The notes beneath the pieces were generated by a model. That model was not told the DNA's origin, made no database searches, and was given only the letters and a program-made list of their open reading frames with translations. A DNA stretch of 60,507 nucleotides, the filler included, from Hausera hauseri (lineage: Eukaryota): assembly GCA_046269625.1 (NCBI GenBank). It is 12 parts of 12 records of this genome, joined end to end, with 100 filler letters (N's around TTAATTAATTAA, not from the genome) between each part and the next. Parts side by side here need not be neighbours in the genome. Positions count along the whole stretch, not along the records: positions 1 to 4,046 come from JBJURY010795312.1; positions 4,147 to 9,899 come from JBJURY010194637.1; 10 more parts are not named here. One strand, 5' to 3'. Each line of letters opens with the position of its first letter. Within the stretch, counting starts at the first letter, position 1. A program made the translations under genes and the position numbers. This document shows, in pieces, positions 1-9,582 of this stretch.

Positions 1-1320
1 CGATGGCAGAAGTTGATCGTGCCAAGGAAGCTGCGAAGTCCAGTCACTGTGGATGGCTTCGGTATTTGTTTGATGGTTTCTAGTCGCTCAGGAAGTGGAC
101 TGTGACTATGCGGTGTTAATGGAAGTCTGAGAAATACGGCTTCAGTTTTAAAGAATGAAAATTTGTTCATGTTCAACTGTAGGTTGTTTGCATTCAATCT
201 ATAAAACACATGTTCGAGATGCGTTTTGTGAGTCACTTCATCGGGTGATGCAATCAATATATCATCTATATATGGGATTGCGTAGGGCATGTCGATGAGG
301 ACTTAATCTATGTGGCGTTGGAATGTTTGACTTGCATACCGTAAGCCGAAAGGCATACGTAGGTATTCGAACAAACCAAAAAGCGTTATTACGGCAGTTT
401 TTGGAATGTTTTCGGTAGCTACTGGGATCTGGTAGTATGCCCTTTCCAAATCGATTATGCTGAATATTGCGGCACCATGTAGGCGATGCAATATGTCTGT
501 TACCAACGGTGTTGGGTATGAATCATGGATGGTGACGTTATTCAACATTCTGTAGTCACCACAAGGCCGGTATGATTTGTCATTTTTTGGAACCATGTGC
601 AATGGTGATGCCCACGTTTATGTGGAGCGGCGTATGATGCATGTTTCTTCGAGGTGTTGGAATTCGGCTTCCGCAGCTGCTCTCTTGACAGGGTCAATCT
701 CCATCCGGGGTTGCCGAATCGGTCGGTCACATGATATGACGAGAAAGTGTGATGTTTTCACCTCTTTCTGTGTTGGTTGTGCTGTGCGTTTCAACAGATT
801 AAGGTATTGCTTTTGCAGCAATGGAGCGATGTCACTGGGATTTGTAATTTTTATATCCGCGACAGCGTTTATAGTTAGTGACAATTCGGGTGGAGGTAGT
901 GGATTGCTCCCACCGGTGAGTTGTTGATTTCGGCAATCACTTGTGAGATCGTAGTGATCTAGGAAGTCAAAACTATGGATTTGTTGCATGACATCGGCCA
1001 ATATGAATGGCCAAGCGTATGGTCGGCCTTGGAGGTGAAATTGTAGGTACAGTGTACCTGTGGTTGATATTCGCGTGCCATTGGTAGCTTTGAGCGATGC
1101 GTGCGAGACCAGGGTAGGTCTAGCGTATACGTTAGGTTTCAACGATAAAGCTGCAACAGCGTCGATTAAAAAATCGAGTTGTTTCGAGATGTCGGAGTGT
1201 AGTGGCTCCGCCTCGAGGGTGAAAATAGCATTGACAATGCGTTCGCTATTTGCATACGGCAGTTGTGGTGATTGGGTTTCCAGTCGAAGTGACGTTGGTC
1301 GTCTGGGCCCATTTAGCTTT
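1..1320 (-). pseudogene. pol: pol of element A (protease and RT), frameshifted
   Basis: Protease and RT motifs in ORFs 618-1526 and 303-602; YIDD at about 261-272. Confidence 0.93.
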
Positions 1321-3605
1321 TTGATGGTTTGTAAAATTTGCAGCCGGGTCGACAGACTTTTGCGTCTGGATCGAAATGGTTGTGATAAATGCAAGTGTCT
1401 TGCGTTTTTATGTTTGCAGATGGCTTGTTGAATTGACAACCATGGTAACATTAATAGGCGGATTCGCCAAATCGTGTGTGGAAATGGCAAATTTTGGAAA
1501 ATTTGCCTTTCTTTCTCTTGAGACATTGGCGCCGAGATGACGGTTTGTCTCTGGCTGGCAGATTCTTGTACGTTACAAGTGTCTGCAGTGCGGCGATAAT
1601 GCTGTCCAGCTGATTTTGCTGGGTCGTCGTAACGGAGTGGATGTGTTGCGTCGGAGCGGATTCCACGGTGCCTTTAGTGCACTCGTATATTTTGTCGGCT
1701 TTTGATGCCATGTTGTCCAACGTGGCATCAAGCAGTAATGACACAAATGCTACTTGGATTTGGTTAGGCAAACTACTGAGGAAGTAGCGCCGTAGTATGT
1801 GATGGTTGGTGTGGAGGTCAAACTCAGCATTGCTCAAGTCTGAGCGTCACTTTTGCAGCAGAGCAGAAGGTTTCATATTCCCTCTCTGTCGCTTGGTGAA
1901 AACCAGGTTGAACTGATCTTGTTGGGATAGCAGGTATGCTTTGCATATGGCTGATTTGATTTTGTCGAGCGGTTCTTCATCTGACAGTAGTGTGTTTATA
2001 TCCGTTATGGCTGCGAGCGTTGTTGGCTGTATGTACTGAATTAGTGTTAAGGCCTTGTTAAATTGGCCAGTGATGCTGCATTGAGCAGCCCATGTTTCAA
2101 ACACATGGAACCACTTCAATGGAGTTCCGTCCGAACCTATGAAAAAGGTGGGACATGCTAATTTGGGTGATTTGGCATGTGTTGCTGAAGCAGTTTCTTC
2201 TTTTTTGTCAGGCGTAAGGTTGTCAACACCTCCTTTTAATCTGGGAGTGGCTAGCAGTGTTGTGTTGTGTATGGTGAAATAGTCCGAAATGGGATTATCC
2301 CATGAACGCACAATGTTTTCGTTATGTGAAAAGGTGTGGTCCGGATATGAGCTTGCGAGCTGTTGTAGCATCGCCTTTACGAACGTATTAGATTAGAAAC
2401 GATGTGCTGTCGTATTGTGTAGACCACGTACATGAAACTGGATTTCTCGCGGGATTGTTGCTTTTCCGGATTTGTGCGCCAAGTTAGCATTATTGTCGTA
2501 TATGTTGGTGGTAGTATAGTTTAGCATTTGTTCGGTATCGTTCCTATGGTTGGCGGGTCGCGTGTCATCACGTTTAGTGATGTGGGTATTTGTGGCCGGA
2601 TTGTTTTCGACGGCCGCGTTTGTCGAAATGTCAGAACCAGTATGTACGGTTCTGTGTGAAAGGGACGTGTGTGCGGTATTCGCTGCCACCATTTTAGATG
2701 TTTTCACTTTATTAGGGTTCCTAACTTTATGCAAAAACATCTTAATCGTAAAACAGTAACAAAAAATGAACGTGAAAAAACGATATAACAAGACATCATA
2801 AGAGTCACAACGTTTATTCACATCAAAGTTATTACCCACTGAATCCACCGAGGCGTATGATACGTCCGTGGAGGACAGCTCCTGGTTGGCTCGGAGGTTT
2901 CGACGTACACAAATCGGAGTGTCATCCAAACTTGAGTCAGGCAGCGATGGCTTTCTGGATATCGTATCCAATCGGAGTTTGCGACGTGTCTTTGACGGAA
3001 TCTCAGGGCTCGAAGTTCTTGGACGCGTTAGGATTAACGGGTTCTCCGAGGGGGCCACGGAATCATAAAGGCGATCGGTTGCCGCCATCAGTCTCAGGAA
3101 TACCGGCAGGAAAACCGACGAGTCGAAGAGACGTCGGTTTTCTCCGTCCTGGTAAAACCAATGAAGCGTGTTTGCCGGTAGAGAGTAAGGATCCTTTCGC
3201 TCCAGCCCGACCAAGTGTCGTACGAAGCAGCTTCTTTGCAGAAGCTCCCGTACCGTCAGAAAATCCGAGTAGGACCGGTACAGGACTTGCTTGTCTGTAT
3301 CGCGACAACGTTTTCCGCGGGAGGCGGCGTCTCGCCGGGTTGGGCATGGCTGCTCTAGCTTGATGGTTGAGCTTGGGCTGTTATCTTGGCTCTGTTTCAG
3401 CCGGTTTGGGTTGTGATCGTTTGGGAATCTGGTACCCTGACGTCAAGTTAACGACTTCATTGATTTCTGATTTGGAGGTAATTGCTGTGCCTGGTTTCCG
3501 TGTAATAGGTTCGCCGATTTTTGTCTTGGCGGTAGGTGTCGCAGAAATGATCGATTTCTCCGTCATCCGGCTCTTTCCAACTGAATTAGATTTTTCGGAC
3601 ATCAT
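1313..3605 (-). pseudogene. gag: ORF1/gag of element A: ~390-aa leader, ubiquitin-like domain, capsid-like domain and two CX2HX9CX3C knuckles
   Basis: ORFs 3605-3381 and 3347-3063 share a frame. One frameshift leads into 3214-2393, and 2371-1847 and 1837-1451 continue in that frame through single stops. The reading ends CHFHTRFGESAY*CYHGC...CIYHNHFDPDAKVCRPGCKFYKPSKS* at 1313. The leader assignment is less certain than the gag core. Confidence 0.75.
2228..2443 (-). other. Ubiquitin-like domain inside ORF1 of element A (72 codons, one in-frame stop)
   Basis: IQFHVRGLHNTTAHRF*SNTFVKAMLQQLASSYPDHTFSHNENIVRSWDNPISDYFTIHNTTLLATPRLKGG aligns end to end by eye with ubiquitin (MQIFVKTL...[22 protein letters not shown]). 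Confidence 0.75.
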
Positions 3606-3661
3606 GTACGGACGCTTTTGAATAATTCTTTTTTGTTTTGAAAAGTAATGTGCGATCTTTA

Positions 3662-3756
3662 ATCTGTGGATTTAAACAAACGGATTAAATCCACAGATCT
3701 TGATTGTTAATTAATTTTTTATTATTACAAGTGCTGGTTACTTCGGCACTTGTAAT
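3662..3756. other. Two adjacent hairpins (14-bp stem 3662-3675/3685-3698; 11-bp stem 3724-3734/3746-3756) in the putative 5' leader of element A
   Basis: ATCTGTGGATTTAA...TTAAATCCACAGAT and ATTACAAGTGC...GCACTTGTAAT are perfect inverted repeats. Confidence 0.8.
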
Positions 3757-4046
3757 CCTGATTTATTTTATGATTTAGTTTTAATATTTCAATTTATTTT
3801 GATTGAATCTGTTTTAGGAATTTGAGAAATTTTCATGTTTGGTGAATCCGTGATTTCGAATTTTGAGAAATTTAAATTTTGAGATTTTTGAATTTTAAAT
3901 TTTGATATTAGTAAAAAATTTTTTTTATTTTGCTGATTTGGTTTATCTTAAATGATCTGAATATAAATTTTAATATTTTTTAAGGTGAAACCTTATATAA
4001 ATTTTCTAAAACCATTTAAATTCCGCTTGATTTTGTAATTTTCTTC

Positions 4047-4146
4047 NNNNNNNNNNNNNNNNNNNNNNNNNNNNNNNNNNNNNNNNNNNNTTAATTAATT
4101 AANNNNNNNNNNNNNNNNNNNNNNNNNNNNNNNNNNNNNNNNNNNN
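4047..4146. other. Artificial contig linker (N44-TTAATTAATTAA-N44). Identical linkers at 9900-9999, 14608-14707, 19876-19975, 24409-24508, 29416-29515, 34224-34323, 38516-38615, 43611-43710, 51233-51332, 55443-55542
   Basis: Identical 100-bp structure 11 times, carrying stop codons in all six frames; sequence context changes abruptly across each. Confidence 0.98.
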
Positions 4147-4339
4147 ACGATATAAAAATTCAAAGGAATTTGAAGATTAACAAATATGTATCACGGTGCC
4201 AGCGGCGCAACTCCCACTGTCAAATAAGAGTAACAATGATTAAAGGGACAGAACTATTTTAATTAAACCGTACCCTTATTTACTCCAGAAACGTTTTATT
4301 TGGGAAAATGTTACAAGTATCGCTGCCCCAACCTCGCTA

Positions 4340-4809
4340 GTGATTTCGGTAAGACCAGATTTTGATTTTTCAGTAATAAAATTCACGTTTAAAATACAAA
4401 ATAAAATAGTAGCTAAAGGAACTGTAATGCCAGACGATTTAATAGCTCCTTGTGCGACACTTACATTAACTATGACTTATACTGTCATTTTACAATTAAT
4501 CAGCAGTAATAACCAAATATTATCGACAGGAATTGTGACAGCACAAACCAAAAGTAAAACAATAATAAGGCCATTATATAGAGGGACAATCCATAAACAC
4601 ACAACTACTGCAAAACCCTTACGCACTACTTATACTTTTCTCGAATGGAATTAATAATAATAGGCCTAACCATCCCCCTCTCCCTAGTTATTGCAATCAT
4701 ACTTATAGTGAAGTTAATCCAATGTACTCGAAACCGTCGCAGACCTCAATGGATCAAAATAGACTCGCGACGGATACCACATGTTTTGGATATATCAAAC
4801 CCAAGCTGA
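4340..4809 (+). pseudogene. Decayed ORF for a possible type I membrane protein (beta-rich ectodomain, Thr-rich stalk, TM helix, basic stop-transfer)
   Basis: ORF 4340-4654 is followed, after a frameshift, by LIIIGLTIPLSLVIAIILIVKLIQCTRNRRRPQW. No family recognised. Confidence 0.4.
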
Positions 4810-5050
4810 CGGCGGCATGACCGGATTGCAACTAAAGCAACCCGGATTATAAGGATAACTGAACATGCTTTAGTTACCCTACTACTATTATTATGTAATA
4901 ATACAATCATAGCGGTTACCTTAAATGAATGGCTGATAACTGTTATGTTATTATTAAGTTATATGCAGTTAACTATATTTTCTACAGACACTGTCAGTCC
5001 AAACGCTACAAAGAAGTAAAAACTGGTTCGAGGATACCAAGAACCACTTA

Positions 5051-6207
5051 ATGAATGCTAATGCTGCTAACCCATATTATATAATACTAAATGATAATAC
5101 CTATAGTCTCAACTATTCGGCAATTCAACAGATTCCAAACAATCTGAAGGGTTACTCATAGATCAACAGATCGTTAGCCCTGATACAGATGACCAAACCT
5201 ACATCATTCCTATTAACGGATATAATTACCTTTCATGATAAATACCACAGCCTAAATGTCTATGAGATAATTGAAAGATTCAATTAAAACCAAAGACAAG
5301 AAATCTCATCATCAAGGCGATTTGATTAATCTCGATCCAAACCATGCGATATCTTTGGAATACAAATTTTTAAAAGACAATGTGACTAAAATTAGATCTT
5401 TAACCAACAGAATCATGTTTGCTCTGGAAGTCATTAGATCAGAATCTTTCTAATCAACCCCAAATACATGATAAAACATTTAACTTTGCGGAACCAGATT
5501 ACCTTAAATATGCAACAATACTATATCGACGATTACCAAATGTGACCATGGAAGAAATCGTAATCGTTGCAGTCAATTTAGCTTATGACCAATTTAATCA
5601 ATACACCCCTCTAGAGTGTTCAATCATCAACCTCCCAGGAGATTCATTGTTCTATGTAATCGTCACCCCCAGACAGCGGATCAAAAATTTGATGCCCATA
5701 TTACCGGATTATCGGAAACTAACGTTACCAACCAAATGGATGCCAATATCTTTTATCAAAGTGTCCGAAATGTTGAATGATAAACTCATAGTGGGAGCTG
5801 CTGTTCACGAGATGTTAACCAAACATCTTAAAGTCCCGCTCAGAAGGATCATAGGAATTCGTTATATTCTTTATCACGAAGAGGTGATCCAAAAATACAA
5901 ACTCAATAGCCCCAGCTATAAGGAATTGGCTAAGCGTTTCTACGACATGCGTGCGATGCCACTACGAAGCACAGCTTTAGTTCAATGCTATCACGTAATT
6001 TACAACATTGTACACTAAAACGATGAAATAATTCATGAAAATACATCTTCCAATAAACGTCTAAAGAAAACATCAATCACGTCTTTAAGAAAAAGACAAT
6101 TAGAAATCGAGGAAGAAATTACGCTTGATGGAGAAGCTTATTTACCAGATGGGGTACGTTATAAGACATCTTCCGGCAAAACAATCTTCCAACAATTGAA
6201 ACTGTAA
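5051..6207 (+). pseudogene. Intronless ORFan of ~380 codons, broken by stops and frameshifts
   Basis: The 199-aa ORF 5419-6018 continues in frame past its TAA (NDEIIHENTSSNKRLKK...IFQQLKL*, 6207). Upstream fragments start near 5051; AATAAA at about 6398. Confidence 0.45.
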
Positions 6208-7330
6208 ATTTGGGACAATTTACTTCAACCCACCGAAGTGATATGAACTCTATTCATTTTGATATATTATGAACTCTATTCATTAATTGATCGTATCATC
6301 GAACTCTCTTCATCAAGTGATTGTATCAATTTATTAATTCATGTTCACATTATTATGTGAATGTCAATCATTTTTGAAATATATTGTATACCAATTGAAT
6401 AAAATTATATCATTCAACACTTGTATTGTTATTTGCTAGAAGTCTAACAAATAATTCAAATTATTCTGAGGGTTTCTCTTTATTATTTTGTTTCTTACGT
6501 AACTCCTCTTGATGAATCTGTTCACGTCGTATACGTTTTCTAGCGAAGTAAAGTTCAAGACGTTCTTCGATTATCCACTTATAACAAGAAATTCTATTTT
6601 TTAAACGTTTGAAAGGGTTACTTTCTCTCATACAATAATTTATAAACTCGTAACAATTAATTATGTGTCAGAGATTAGTGATTTGAATGCAGAAAATATA
6701 GGAATTGTTTATTTACCTTGGAATTTCTGTGATTCCAGGTTAATGGTTTTTTACTTTGAAAAAGAAATTAACTTGAAACAAAAAATATATTGAATAGAAA
6801 ATCACAAATGGAATATAAAATATTCCCAAACCAAACAATTAAATACAAAGGAAAACAAATAAATGACTTACTGACAAACAATGATGATAATAAAATGTAG
6901 TTTCACAATAAGTGAGTGACTACAAGCGATTTCTGGAAATAGGACTCAAAAAATACCCAAAAGGTAATCAGCAAGTAATTAAATCTCTTGAAAATTTTCA
7001 GTTCAATTCTCCAAAATTTTTGTTTGTGTCCATTTCGTTTCCAATCACTGCTTAAATAGTTTTTTTACAAACTATTTTTAGCAGTAAAACAGTGCTAGAA
7101 AATTTTTCATGGACCGTTCGGTAAGTTATTTTTAACTATTGACTAATTCATTTAATCTGGTTAATTTTAGAATCATCAGACACTACTGTCTGGAAGCCTA
7201 GTTCAACAAATATGTGGATGTTTATGTGGATGTACAGAGAATTTGTCTATGCTGTCTCATAATTAATATTATCAATATTATAAATTATTATATTATCAAT
7301 TTTAACATTTCAGTGATTTTGTTTTAAATT

Positions 7331-8145
7331 ATGCAGTATACGAAAGAACAGCAATACTTCTTGATAAAGTCATTACGTCGACATTATATGAATTCAACTG
7401 AAATTTATCAATTAATATCTAAAGCTTGGCCCGATGAATGCTTGAATGTCGGACGTATTTGAGAGCTATGTCAGGATATGCGAAATGGAAATAGAACCGA
7501 TTTTAGCAGAGCAGTATGCAGCGGAAGAAAATCGAGTGATGTGCGATTAAACGCTGTTGGTCAGGTAGAGTAACTGATAACAGACGATCCCGATTTATCA
7601 ATTCAGTGTATTGCTGATCATATACAAATACCACACATGAAGGTTCAACGAATATTATCCTATGGCTTGCAAAAGAAATGGATTCCATATCATTTGACCG
7701 AAGTCAATAAAACTCTTCGCGTACAGAGATGCAGTGTCTTGAGAAATGGTTTTATTGAAGAAAAATGTCTTTGAAAACTCAAATTGGTCAATGGGTTACA
7801 CCTGGTGGCAATCAACCAACGTTGCAAAAATTCATGGCAATAATTGCAGTGTCAGAGTGGCCATCATTACTTTGAAATATTGCCACTAAATACTTCACTT
7901 ATTGCCGAGTGATATATTATTTTCCTGTAAAATCTGCGTTTTATTTCCACTCGCTGGCCGTATCCTATTCTTCCAGAAAATGCACGTATTCTTCACGACA
8001 ATGCATGCCCACATCAGCCAGAGCAACAGCAAACTATCTGCACGACCATAACATAAGATTAATAAAGCAGCCACCATATTCACCGACACCAATTTATGTG
8101 ATAGACATATTTTCCCGAAGTTGGAAGGGATACGTAATTTCATAA
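7331..8145 (+). mobile_element. mariner (Tc1/mariner, D,D34D-type) transposase pseudogene
   Basis: From ATG 7331: MQYTKEQQYFLIK...GR...DPDLSI...KKWIPYHLT (WVPHEL motif), RILHDNACPH, and QPPYSP(D)TNLCDRHIFPKLE (YSPDLAP.D motif). Stops, frameshifts and an internal deletion; TIRs not identified. Confidence 0.88.
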
Positions 8146-8491
8146 ACGGCGGATTTATCCGCTACGACCTATAATTGAACCACCAATTTCATTGACATAC
8201 CTTTTTGAAACCCTAAAAATAACGTTGTAAATGTAGATCATAAAATGACTTTGCATTTGTGTTTACAAAATAATTATTTCGACACCAATAATCAGAATAA
8301 GGCATATGAAAAACGGTGTATAATGCAAAGTGTATATTTAAATAATACAAAATAAATTAGTCAGCAGTTAAAAGGCTTATTTTGCAATTTTGTGGAGAAA
8401 TATCTGACGAAAACATAAATTCTAACTACTCAATAAGAAAGTAGTTTGAAAATTCAAAACTCAATTCCTTATTACGTACCAGTTTGTTTTA

Positions 8492-9582
8492 TTAAGCAAG
8501 TACTCGGCAACGTACCTGCATTGAATCATTAACAATAGCCCCACTTGTCGTTTGCAGTTGTTTGAATGATACACTCTGAATGAATCCGTCACCATAGTAA
8601 TTATCATCGACAGGTCTTTCATATGCTTTTCTTCTGTTGTCTGGATATTTCCTTTCATCGGCTGTAGCAAAACATACCTGTTGCAAAAGAACTGGTTGTC
8701 CTGTTTGTTGACTTATAATTTCTAATTGAACAGTCCTTTGCATTGGCCATGTCAATCGATCATCATTGGGACCACGCATCATCTGGAATGCCAACCAAAG
8801 ACCTTTAGATTCATTCATTCGGTAGCCCAGACGCATTTTGTATCCTTCATTAATACCATCACTAAAAAATGGATGACTCCATTCTCCGGTGTTGTTTTGA
8901 TATTTGCTTATGATTTGGTCAATACGCCATTCAAATACATTTTCCGTTGGCATTTTTGCAATCGGTTTGCTCAATAATTCTTCATGAACCTGTTCATTGC
9001 GATGTCGCGTTGTCCCAATTTCACTCATGTTGTTGTCTGACTTTTTAGCTGATATTGATCCTGTGACTTCACAACGAGATGATGACATGTTCTGAACACA
9101 ATTATTAGGACAAATTACCGATGGGTTATTTACTAATTGTTGATGCCATTCGCGGCCGTCTCCAGTAGCTTTGTCTAATGCGTCATTTGTCGGATCCTAA
9201 TTCAATTTTAATTCTGCCAGTCAACACAAATTTTCACTTGTTTCATCGTCATAGATAGTTGACATTTCTCTAAGAATTTCAATTTATCATCTTTCTCGTC
9301 CAACTGTTGATGAAGCACGGCTATTCGGCGTTCCGTGGCTTTCTGTCGAACATTAATCGTACATAAAACAAAATAAATAATTGTATGTAAACCTGCTTCT
9401 TTTCGTAATCATCCAATCGAATTTGCAACATTGTTAGCTCTGCCTAATTATATATATCATTAAACTATTTAAAAAATTGACCCTACTCGACTTCTTTGTA
9501 GATCATCAAACAGTTTTTTGTTTTGTTCCTGTATGCTCCCATTATCACCATTAAGTTTGTTAATAATGACTCGCTGTGACTC
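8492..9582 (-). CDS. Coiled-coil plus C-terminal MATH (TRAF-C) domain protein, 5' end not resolved
   Basis: Last exon has VFEWRI...WSHPFFS...GYKMRL...LWLAFQMMRGPNDDRLTWPM...IVNDSMQVRCRV. Upstream exons 9582-9487, 9443-9393, 9342-9238 and 9196-(9119) join in frame through phase-0 GT-AG introns of 43, 50 and 41 nt, plus an optional 27-nt intron. Confidence 0.88.

Larger units (their letters stand above)
1..3605 (-). mobile_element. Ty3/gypsy LTR retrotransposon, CsRN1/Kabuki-like lineage (element A), decayed, 3' part outside window
   Basis: Order on - strand: long ORF1, then protease (FLIDAVAALS...LKATNGTRISTTG...WPFILADV...FDFL), then RT (RPCGDYRMLN, DLERAYYQIP, MPFGLRYASQTFQRHID, PYIDDIL). 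Gag has the KLxxF...P..WF...E signature and CHCC knuckles. Confidence 0.93.

Noticed and set aside
577-3621. Plus-strand ORFs over element A (577-927, 1060-1431, 2550-2759, 2857-3363, 3367-3621)
   Set aside because: Antisense shadows of gag/pol with no recognisable motifs.
4091-4102. Recurrent TTAATTAATTAA palindrome as a biological motif
   Set aside because: Always centred in N runs of fixed length; an assembly concatenation linker. ORFs ending in XXXLIN are artefacts.
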